Assembly: GCA_051439425.1 (NCBI GenBank)
Contig: JBFRWD010000050.1
Span: 1-27,957, forward strand
Length of the DNA stretch: 27,957 bases
Reading direction: 5' to 3'
DNA from: Synechococcus sp.
Lineage (GTDB): Bacteria > Cyanobacteriota > Cyanobacteriia > Thermostichales > PCC-7336
Positions within the stretch are counted from its first letter, which is position 1. The number at the start of each line of letters is the position of its first letter. The notes under the pieces were generated by a model, which was not told where the DNA came from, ran no database searches, and worked only from the letters and a program-made list of their open reading frames with translations. This document shows, piece by piece, positions 1-7,754 of this stretch. A program made the translations under genes and the position numbers.

Positions 1-530
1 CAGTAGGGATAAAGAGGAGATTGTCACCTGCCTGCGTATTTACAATGAATTTTGAAATGATTTTGCTACCTTGATATCTAATTGTGAAGAGCAAACGATC
101 TGAAAAGCCTTTGTGATGTGAGTAAACTGTTTTGTTCATAGAGGTTTATGCCGATTTTATTGAATTAGAAATCGAAATGACTGATAAATAAAGGGAGGTG
201 ATTTTTCGGTAAAAAAATAAACAATCTGTCCGTCTGTTCACCGTACTCTTGTCCGGTTTGCCCCGATCGCCTTACTGTGTATGATATTTTCTGTTCGCGA
301 GCGTGTGAGCGCATCAATGGATTCTCAACTTTGGGTGCTTTGGGCTTGAAACGCATTGCCTAGATGAATTTGAGGTAATGACTGAATTGATGTATTGCTC
401 CGAGCTGACGTTGAGTAGCATTTGCAGGTTGTTCTTAGCTTTGGGGAGGGATTGGATTGCGACCTGGATGCGGGAAATGAGGACGTAGAGAAGGGATCCT
501 CCTACTTTGGGAGCGAACCAAGGTGTTATT

Positions 531-539
531 TGATAGAGT
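531..539 (+). promoter_or_regulatory. Putative extended -10 promoter (TGnTAGAGT) for rimP-nusA
   Basis: tgatagagt at 531-539, about 50 nt upstream of the rimP-leader hairpin; motif match only. Confidence 0.4.
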
Positions 540-587
540 AAGCGTGGCATTTAGCCAGGTGCGTGTTTGTTTTCCCGGTTGACGTGG

Positions 588-610
588 AAGTGGGTTCTGC
601 CCACTTTTTT
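588..610 (+). terminator. rimP-leader attenuator/terminator hairpin
   Basis: AAGTGGG-ttctg-CCCACTT stem-loop running into TTTTTTGTTGTTTT, about 135 nt upstream of rimP; matches the GTGGG..CCCAC terminator widely conserved upstream of rimP-nusA. Confidence 0.75.
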
Positions 611-746
611 GTTGTTTTAGGGGCTCGGATGCAAGCGTTTTGCTGTTGCGGAGAGAATCAACAATAGGTCGATCGCTTTTCTGTGACACTCCAACGCTCC
701 ATTTGCAATCACCACGCGTTTATCGAGATAGGAGTAGGAACTAGCT

Positions 747-1217
747 GTGGCACATCCGCTTACCGCTGAATTTGCCAACATTGCTGGCCCCATCGCTCAG
801 TCTTTGGGGCTGGAGCTGGTGAATGTGGTGTTCTACACCAATCAACATCCACCCGTTATGAGGGTTGATGTCCGAAACCCGGCGTCGGCAGATACCAGTC
901 ATGAGGATTGTGAAGCCATGAGTCGTGCTCTTGATGCGCGCTTGGAGGCAAGCGATCCGATTCCTGGAGCCTATGTGCTGGAGATCTCGAGTCCCGGACT
1001 CTCGAACTGTCTCGATAGCGATCGCGATTTTGAAGTGTTCAAAGGCTTCAGCGTTGTCGCTGTTTTGACCGAACCGTTCAAGGGACGAACGGAGTGGTTG
1101 GGGACGTTGCAAAAGCGGGACGAGGAACGGGTGTGGCTCTCTCAAAAAGGTCGCCCGGTTAAGCTGCCACGAGATCTGGTGCAACAGGTTAAGTTGTTGG
1201 ATGCAGAAGAGGAGTAA
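747..1217 (+). CDS. rimP: Ribosome maturation factor RimP
   Basis: GTG start after purine-rich RBS-like AGGAGTAGGA; motifs DCEAMSRALDARL and YVLEISSPG; directly upstream of nusA. Confidence 0.95.
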   Translation: MAHPLTAEFANIAGPIAQSLGLELVNVVFYTNQHPPVMRVDVRNPASADTSHEDCEAMSRALDARLEASDPIPGAYVLEISSPGLSNCLDSDRDFEVFKGFSVVAVLTEPFKGRTEWLGTLQKRDEERVWLSQKGRPVKLPRDLVQQVKLLDAEEE

Positions 1218-1395
1218 ATAATATTTCTCCTTTGTCTCAGGACTATCCTCCATGACTGACGTGTTGTACTCGTTCTCGTCTTGTTCGCTATGCATCTGCT
1301 GCGTGAATTCGCACATTTAGAGTGTCTAATTTGCTGACTCAGCCGCGATCACAAGCGATACCTACCAACTGAATATGTCTTAAGGAGCGCTCGCC

Positions 1396-2730
1396 ATGTC
1401 TATGGTGACCCTGCCCGGTCTGGGCGAAATGGTTGATGTCATCAGCCAAGAACGCAATCTACCGAAATCTGCTGTCACGGCAGCCTTGAGAGAGGCTCTG
1501 CTCAAGGGATACGAGCGCTATCGCAAAACGCTGGAGCGCGATAGTCATGCTTTTGAAGAGGAATATTTCGATAATTTTGATATCGATCTAGATGTTGAAT
1601 CGGGCGGTTTCCGGGTGTTAGCCACCAAAACCATCATGGAAGAGGTGGGCAATGACGATCACGAAATTAGTTTGGCGGAAGTGCAACAGGTAGCCCCCGA
1701 AGCAGAGGCTGGCGGCCAAGTGGTGGTGGATGTCACTCCCGAACAGTCTGATTTTGGTCGCATGGCTGCGATCCAGACCAAGCAGGTGCTGTCTCAGAAA
1801 TTGAGAGATCAGCAGCGTCGATTGATTCAAGAGGAATTCAACGATCTTGAAGGAACCGTTTTGCAGGGGCGGGTGATTCGTCTTGAGCGCTCTTCGGTCA
1901 TTATTGGGGTGAGCAGCGGTTTCGGTCAGGCGGAAGTGGAAGCGGAACTGCCTCGGCGACAGCAACTGGCCAACGATCGCTACACCATTGGTTCTGTGAT
2001 GCGGGTGTATCTGCAACGGGTGGCGGAGGGGTCTCGTCGCGGTCCGCAGTTGATCGTGTCGCGGGCGGATGCCGGACTGGTGGTGTATCTGTTTGCCAAC
2101 GAAGTTCCGGAAATTGAAGACGATATCGTTCGGATTGTGGCAGTGGCTCGCGAGGCCAATCCCCCCTCCCGCAATGTGGGCCCTCGCACCAAAATTGCCG
2201 TCGATACGTTAGAGCGAGACGTCGATCCGGTCGGTGCTTGCATTGGCTCGCGTGGGTCTCGCATTCAAGTGGTTGTAGGAGAGCTGCGTGGAGAGAAAAT
2301 TGATGTCATTCGCTGGTCTCCCGACCCCGCTACTTACATTGCCAATGCACTGAGTCCTGCCCGAATTGTCGAAGTTCGGCTCGTGGATCCTGAAATTCAG
2401 CAAGCTCACGTTCTGGTTCCTGCCGATCAGTTGAGTTTGGCGATCGGTAAGGAGGGTCAGAATGTCCGTTTGGCGGCTCGACTCACCGGTTGGAAGATCG
2501 ACATTAAGGATGCTGACGAGTATTACGCAGCTGAAGATGCCGGGCAGGTGATGTACGTCGCGCCCGAGCGTCCTCCGGCTCCTGTGGTGGCCGAGCTAGA
2601 GGAAGAGGATACTCTGGAGGACTTGGAAGAGTTGGACGATCGCAACGATGTGTCGATAGAAGAGTTCGACTTTGATAGCGAATACTCTATTGCTGAGCCA
2701 ACCGCCTCCCTAAATGAGGACGGTGAATAG
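1396..2730 (+). CDS. nusA: Transcription termination/antitermination factor NusA
   Basis: FGRMAAIQTKQV, S1 domain, KH motifs VDPVGACIGSRGSRI and LSLAIGKEGQNVRLAARLTGWKIDI; AAGGAG RBS; acidic C-terminal tail. Confidence 0.98.
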   Translation: MSMVTLPGLGEMVDVISQERNLPKSAVTAALREALLKGYERYRKTLERDSHAFEEEYFDNFDIDLDVESGGFRVLATKTIMEEVGNDDHEISLAEVQQVAPEAEAGGQVVVDVTPEQSDFGRMAAIQTKQVLSQKLRDQQRRLIQEEFNDLEGTVLQGRVIRLERSSVIIGVSSGFGQAEVEAELPRRQQLANDRYTIGSVMRVYLQRVAEGSRRGPQLIVSRADAGLVVYLFANEVPEIEDDIVRIVAVAREANPPSRNVGPRTKIAVDTLERDVDPVGACIGSRGSRIQVVVGELRGEKIDVIRWSPDPATYIANALSPARIVEVRLVDPEIQQAHVLVPADQLSLAIGKEGQNVRLAARLTGWKIDIKDADEYYAAEDAGQVMYVAPERPPAPVVAELEEEDTLEDLEELDDRNDVSIEEFDFDSEYSIAEPTASLNEDGE

Positions 2731-2988
2731 TTAGAGCCTTAGTGATTGTATGGGCCACTGTTGAGTTCCATTGTGTGTCTTCAGTGGCTTCTGTTCTCAC
2801 TATTGAGAATATTCGAGCTATCGGTCGGGTTGGCCGTGAAGCATGCCATCAAACGACGAAGGTATTGCCGCAGACTTAAGGGGAATCGCCCGTTGGCTGA
2901 TTCGCCGATAGTATCGATACGATTTAGCTCTCGGCTTTCATCACAGATCGGGGTATGGCCTATGGAACGCTCTGCTGGCGAGCTGACA

Positions 2989-3627
2989 TTACTCGACATT
3001 GACGACCATTATTGAGTTCCAACTGCCTCCCGATCTCGACTGGCGCTGTCTCGACAGAACCTGACGGGCTCCCGTCACAGTTCCAGATCGATTGAAATAG
3101 GGGCTGTGTCCCTGAGCAGCTTCAACTACAGCAACCTGTATATCAGTCCAGCCATGTCCAGCCATTGCAATTGTGTTATTTCCAGGTTGCAGATAACCAT
3201 TCAATCTCAGACCATTGAGCTCGCTTAAGCGGCCAATTGTCCTGCCATTCATGGTGACAGTACCTTCTCCATCCCCAGATACCAGCAGTACGTAGTCTCG
3301 GGTGGAGAGATGGCCGATGGGAATGCTGCCAGAGGAAGAGGTGGAAACGGTGGAGGAGGATGAAACATTGCGGGAGAACTGCGGGCTGTTTGAATATGAG
3401 GTGCCAAACGACTGGTGAGAGGAGAACGACTGCGAGGAGAACGATTGGGACGAGTTATTGGTACTCACGACTGCTCCTTCGCGATTGGTGTCTACGCGAA
3501 CATCATCTGTTACCACCGTAACCGAGCCGTCTGCTCCCGTGCGGACAATGACGCCAGCCCACACGCCGTAACCGCCAATCGCTGCAATTCCTAAGGCAAT
3601 CGCCCCGATTTTTAGCAGATTAACCAT
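2989..3627 (-). CDS. Exported Ser-rich hypothetical protein with a beta-rich C-terminal domain
   Basis: ATG at 3627 with GGAGG RBS; hydrophobic N-terminus (LLKIGAIALGIAAIGGYGVWA); SSQSF repeats; C-terminal region with GTVTMNGRTIG...LNGYLQPGNNTIAMAG. Confidence 0.8.
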   Translation of the reverse strand: MVNLLKIGAIALGIAAIGGYGVWAGVIVRTGADGSVTVVTDDVRVDTNREGAVVSTNNSSQSFSSQSFSSHQSFGTSYSNSPQFSRNVSSSSTVSTSSSGSIPIGHLSTRDYVLLVSGDGEGTVTMNGRTIGRLSELNGLRLNGYLQPGNNTIAMAGHGWTDIQVAVVEAAQGHSPYFNRSGTVTGARQVLSRQRQSRSGGSWNSIMVVNVE

Positions 3628-3782
3628 GAGTTGCCTCCCACCCAATTAATACATCTAGGGGTTGTTGCATCACCTCAATTCCCACCTCTCCCCCTCTCTG
3701 TTCCCTCGTCTTTAGGCTTGCTGCAATACATTTGTCGTTTGATGACACATTCCATAGCAAGCCTGAACTATCAAGACTAGAA

Positions 3783-3823
3783 GGGCGATTGCTTCCCCAA
3801 GGACGTTAGAGGAGCGATCGCCC
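3783..3823. terminator. Imperfect inverted repeat just downstream of the 3832 stop (possible terminator or mRNA stabiliser)
   Basis: gggcgattgcttc (3783-3795) pairs with ggagcgatcgccc (3811-3823) at 11/13 Watson-Crick positions; contains a HIP1 site; U-tract weak. Confidence 0.4.
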
Positions 3824-3831
3824 GTGGGCGT

Positions 3832-4197
3832 TTATCGACGCAAGCGTATGCGGGGCAAGGCTAATTGAATTTGTTGCCCGTTTTGTACGCTAACGGCATT
3901 TTGAACACTGGGGGCCACCACAATATCTTTATCGATGGGGATATTGCGGCGATTGGGGCCGCGTCGGCGCGGAGCCCTGGGTCGACCGTTGCGTACCTGT
4001 GCCTGTCCTTGCTCTTGGATCAGAACAGCTTCTTGGCGATCGACGTCGAATCCAATTTGGAGCTGCTGAGCGTTTTGGACACTAACGGAGTTTTGGATAT
4101 TGGGGGCGATCGTAATGCTGCCAGCCATGACTGGTGCTCCGATCGCCAAGGCTCCGCCAATGCCTGCAGTCGCTGTAGCGAGTCGCAACCATACCAT
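3832..4197 (-). CDS. Small exported Gln/Asn-rich repeat protein with an Arg-rich linker (amyloid-like candidate B)
   Basis: GGAGGA RBS; signal peptide ending VMA-G; repeats ITIAPNIQNSVSVQNAQQLQI and IVVAPSVQNAVSVQNGQQIQL; starts 16 nt after the upstream gene's stop. Confidence 0.85.
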   Translation of the reverse strand: MVWLRLATATAGIGGALAIGAPVMAGSITIAPNIQNSVSVQNAQQLQIGFDVDRQEAVLIQEQGQAQVRNGRPRAPRRRGPNRRNIPIDKDIVVAPSVQNAVSVQNGQQIQLALPRIRLRR

Positions 4198-4213
4198 TGT
4201 TCAGTCCTCCCGA

Positions 4214-4615
4214 TTAGCGGCCGCGACGAACGCGACGGACTGCCGTGTTTTGGTCGAGTAGGTTGACGTTATTGGAGTTTTGGATGATGTCAGATGCTCG
4301 GCCAAATCCCAACCCCTCTTGCTCTTGGATGTTGGTTTGAACGCCGGTCACAGTTTGCTGCACTGTTCCGCGACGACCGCGCCCGAAGAACCTACCGCGT
4401 CCTCGACGACCCGAACCGGTTCGTTCGAAGACATCGGCTCGTTGATTGAGGTTTTGAATGTTGGTGCTGTTCTGCAAGATGTCACCATCCCCTTCAGCGT
4501 ATTGAAACTGATCGGATTGCTGAATACCGGTGACAGTTTGGTTGACACCGGCCATTGCAGGAGAGGCAAAGCCGAGTGCTAGCAGAGAACCAATCGCCAA
4601 ATACTTAATGGACAT
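4214..4615 (-). CDS. Small exported Gln/Asn-rich repeat protein with an Arg/Gly-rich linker (amyloid-like candidate A)
   Basis: ATG at 4615 (MSIKYLAIGSLLALGFASPAMA-G, Sec signal peptide); repeats VNQTVTGIQQSDQFQ..DILQNSTNIQNLNQ and VQQTVTGVQTNIQEQ..DIIQNSNNVNLLDQ. Confidence 0.85.
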   Translation of the reverse strand: MSIKYLAIGSLLALGFASPAMAGVNQTVTGIQQSDQFQYAEGDGDILQNSTNIQNLNQRADVFERTGSGRRGRGRFFGRGRRGTVQQTVTGVQTNIQEQEGLGFGRASDIIQNSNNVNLLDQNTAVRRVRRGR

Positions 4616-5040
4616 GAACCGTAAGCCCAAAACAACTATGGGTTCAGCATATTCTCCACGTTTGGGGAGGCTCTACCCTCCAGCACGTAGTGTCTGTCGC
4701 CGGGATGGGAAGAAATTGGATGGGGTAATTGCAGACTGAATTACGCGTGAAAGAACTTGAAATGGAGGGGAAAGACTGGCTTGTTGCGAACGATGAGGTT
4801 TGTATATATGGCTGTGGTTGTGGGACAGAATAGCCTCCGCCAGTCGTCGTAAGGGGCGAGAGGTACGAGATTTCTCCAGTTATTGGGGAGGAATGAATTT
4901 GTTTGAGGCTTTTGCGTTGAGGTCTGAGTACCGCCTCCATTGCAGTTCTTGTCGAAAAATGCCCTGCCCTTTATCAAGGCCAAGGCACACATTCGGTGGG
5001 GTTGGGTCAGTTGCGATCTCCACCCATATGGAAGGCCGGG

Positions 5041-5493
5041 TTAAGAGGGCTCTACTTTAATGGTGATTTTGTCGGATAGGACAGGATTGTCGTGGGGAAT
5101 ATGTAGGTGGTTGCCCAGTAGAAGTTGTAGGGTGTGTTCGCCGGGGGGCAAGGTGAGTTCTGCTTCGGTTTGACCTTTGCCAAAGTGGCGGACGCTATCG
5201 CTTTTGGGCAGTGACATTTTCATGTCGGGTAATTCTGCCAAGTCCACCAGCAGGTGGTGGTGACCGGAGTTGGCTTTTTCAACGCCTGCAGGAGCCACTT
5301 CCATGCCGGAGAGTCCGAACTGAATACTAAAAGGGCTGGTGACGGTATCGCCATTTTGAGGCTCGACGATGTAAGCACGAGCGGATTTGGGGGCGTGAGA
5401 GATGAATTCATCTGCTGTTGCCTGCGGTGTTCCCGCAAACCACCAACAGAGCACCAAGGCGATTGCTCCCAAGAGCACAGCAGTTCGTTTCAT
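5041..5493 (-). CDS. DUF4399 domain exported protein
   Basis: Signal peptide; family motifs FGLSGMEVAPAG, GHHHLLVD, HFGKGQTEAELTLPPGEHTLQLLLG. Confidence 0.88.
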   Translation of the reverse strand: MKRTAVLLGAIALVLCWWFAGTPQATADEFISHAPKSARAYIVEPQNGDTVTSPFSIQFGLSGMEVAPAGVEKANSGHHHLLVDLAELPDMKMSLPKSDSVRHFGKGQTEAELTLPPGEHTLQLLLGNHLHIPHDNPVLSDKITIKVEPS

Positions 5494-5715
5494 GACGTCA
5501 ATCTCTTCCGCAACATCTGTTTACATAATTTTTGCACGAGGAAGTGCGATCGCACTACATTGCTGAGACTCAGAAAAAGATTCCGATGTGTCCTGTAAGC
5601 CACTAAAGTAAGTGAGAGCAGAAAGAGATTTTGTTAATTCAAATCAAATTGAGACTTATTTAAACACAGACTCCTCTCATCTCAGAACTTCTGATTTTGC
5701 GATTGCCAGTGGGTA

Positions 5716-5930
5716 GGTGGTGGATTCGAACCCCAGTTGTGCCAGTAAGTCGTCGAACGACCCTATGCTTGGCTGGACAGTGCTCGACGCTTAACTCGGG
5801 ATTATGAAGATCTACCAGAATTTCACAAGAATTTTGTCTATCGGGCTAGATTCATCTAACTAATACGTCGATTGGGTTGCAATCGTAGACTATGCTCCTG
5901 GGCTGCTTCTCTTCAGAAACTGCTTCTTAG
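5716..5930 (+). mobile_element. Degenerate IS5-family (IS1031/IS427-like) transposase 3' remnant with probable right end
   Basis: Frame from 5716 reads GGGFEPQLCQ*VVERPYAWLDSARRLTRDYEDLPEFHKNFVYRARFI*LIRRL, matching the IS5 C-terminal pattern GF.V.PRRWVVERTFAWL...RRL.KDYE.LP......Y.A.I.L..RRL; stops at 5746 and 5857; TTCAGAAACTGCTTCTTAG near 5912-5930 resembles a decayed terminal IR. Confidence 0.8.
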
Positions 5931-6247
5931 GCTCGCAAGACTGTTTATCCACCATTAGGTTGCACCTCTGGCGGATAGCTCAACAGCCATAGCCGCACCT
6001 CTACCCAATTTTCTATTGGAGCACGATCTATTCGAGCGTCTTCTTGTTAGCTAACTTGCTGTTTAAACGCTCAAGGGCTTTATTTCTACCGCTTAATTCG
6101 CAAAATAATTTCGAATATCAACGAAATGCAAATACATGTCCGCCCTAAAACTGTTAGCCAATGAAGTTCTGTAACGGCCAAATAGTTGCTTGAAGCCTCT
6201 GATGACATACTGTTATTGGCTATTAACATGCTGAGATTTAAGGAAAC

Positions 6248-6454
6248 ATGAAAAAACTTCTTAAAGAATTATTTCCCACTTTCTGGAACCAAATTTCAGC
6301 TCCAGTTCCACCTGAAAATGCCGTTTGTGAGTTTGACTGTCGGGAGCTTGAGTGTTCTCAGGAGGAGTGGGAGCACTGCGAACGACGTCTAAAGTATGTC
6401 AACTCAATGAATTCCGTTAAGTGGCACAACCCTGAAAAACGGAGCATTCATTGA
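6248..6454 (+). CDS. Small hypothetical protein with a CEFDC-x4-C-x7-CERRL motif
   Basis: AAGGA RBS before ATG; 68 aa; four clustered Cys; converges on the binding-protein gene with a 12-nt gap. Confidence 0.7.
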   Translation: MKKLLKELFPTFWNQISAPVPPENAVCEFDCRELECSQEEWEHCERRLKYVNSMNSVKWHNPEKRSIH

Positions 6455-6466
6455 CCGCTACCTAAT

Positions 6467-7750
6467 CTAATGTTGAGGCCAGCGATTATCAATTTCCTTT
6501 AAGACGGTTTCTAGGTCTGCATCTCCGCCAGTCAGGTTGAGGATGCCTTCCCAGAACGCTCCTGTCCCTACTTCTCCTGGCATCAGATCCGAGCCATCAA
6601 AGCGTAATGTGTCTGCCGCTGCTAGAATCTCTGCTTGCTTACGAGTATTGGGTTCGGTGTAATTCGCGATCGCAATTCCCCGAAATGGAGACACGAACCC
6701 CTCGGCCTGCGACCAAATACGGTGGGGCTCTTCAGTCGTCAGATATTCCATCATGGCCAGTGTTTCCTGTGTTTCGTTCAACAGGCCAAACTGCTCTCCC
6801 GAGACCAACAGCGGGTTGCCAAACTCGGGGTTCATTGCAGGAAATGGAAACACCCCCACATCGCGGCCGGACTCAACGCTATCAGGGAAAAACGTCGAAA
6901 TAAAACTAGCCTGACGATGCAGGTAACATCCCGGAGGATCGTCAAACAATGCCGCGGGTGAATCTCCAAACGGAGTACTAAGCGTTCCTATCGCACCTCC
7001 CAAAACGCGATCGCCATCCTGTACCAGTTCAGTAAAGGAATTAAACGCTGCCGCGATCGCCGGATCGGAAAACGGCGTCTTTCCACTCACCCAACTGTCG
7101 TACACCTGTGGCCCCGACTGCCGCAGCACAAATTCCTCCACCCAATCCGTCCCCGGCCACCCCGAAGCTGCCCCACTCTCCAACCCAATACACCAAGGAA
7201 TGTTGCCGTCGCCTACCATACGATCGCTCAGTGCCTGTAACTCTTCCCAGCTGTTCGGCACCTCGTACCCCTCTGCCTCAAATGCTGGGGGACTGTACCA
7301 CACCAGACTTTTGAGAGACACCCTGGCCCAGATGCCGAAGGGGCGATTGTCTACGCTGGCCAACTCCAGCCACTGGAGATCGAACGCCGATGTCAGCTGC
7401 TCGTCACTCAGCACGTTATCCAGCGCCACCAGCTCCCCCTCTCGTGCTAAATCTGCCATCAACCCCGGTTGGGGAAATAAGGCAACATCGGGGGGATTGC
7501 TCGCCGCCAATCGAGTTATCAACACCGTGGCGAATTGGTCGGTGCCTTCATACATAACATCAATGCCACTGGCGTCTTCAAACGGAGCAAATACTTCGGC
7601 GATCGTGGCCTCTCCATCTCCCGTTATGCTGCCCAGAATGGTGACAGTTGGATTGGTAGGGGGCTTGCTACAGGCAGAAAGTATGGTGAGGGACGCGATT
7701 GCCCCACCGAGAACAACAGCAGATCGAGTGGACGCGAATGGCGAACTCAA
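6467..7750 (-). CDS. Carbohydrate ABC transporter substrate-binding lipoprotein (AglE/GgtB-like alpha-glucoside family)
   Basis: Probable TTG start at 7750, 4 nt after the upstream stop; lipobox LSAC; motifs PPDVALFPQPGL, KSLVWY, PWCIGLESGAASGWPGTDWVE, CYLHRQASF, RFDGSDLMPGEVG. Confidence 0.9.
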   Translation of the reverse strand: MSSPFASTRSAVVLGGAIASLTILSACSKPPTNPTVTILGSITGDGEATIAEVFAPFEDASGIDVMYEGTDQFATVLITRLAASNPPDVALFPQPGLMADLAREGELVALDNVLSDEQLTSAFDLQWLELASVDNRPFGIWARVSLKSLVWYSPPAFEAEGYEVPNSWEELQALSDRMVGDGNIPWCIGLESGAASGWPGTDWVEEFVLRQSGPQVYDSWVSGKTPFSDPAIAAAFNSFTELVQDGDRVLGGAIGTLSTPFGDSPAALFDDPPGCYLHRQASFISTFFPDSVESGRDVGVFPFPAMNPEFGNPLLVSGEQFGLLNETQETLAMMEYLTTEEPHRIWSQAEGFVSPFRGIAIANYTEPNTRKQAEILAAADTLRFDGSDLMPGEVGTGAFWEGILNLTGGDADLETVLKEIDNRWPQH

Positions 7751-7754
7751 ATAT

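Noticed and set aside
165..689. Three short minus-strand ORFs upstream of rimP
   Set aside because: No recognisable motifs, mutually overlapping, and they cover the promoter/leader region
2746..3015. ORF after nusA as a possible ylxR remnant (RRRYCRR, MERSAG)
   Set aside because: Resemblance to YlxR (RxCxxCR, GRSAYLC) is too weak to support by eye; it also overlaps the convergent gene
5708..5736. Minus strand GGGGTTCGAATCCACCACCTACCCA resembles a tRNA T-arm/3' end (possible att site)
   Set aside because: The T-stem does not pair fully, no cloverleaf is present upstream, and the bases are explained as the GGFEP codons of the IS5 remnant
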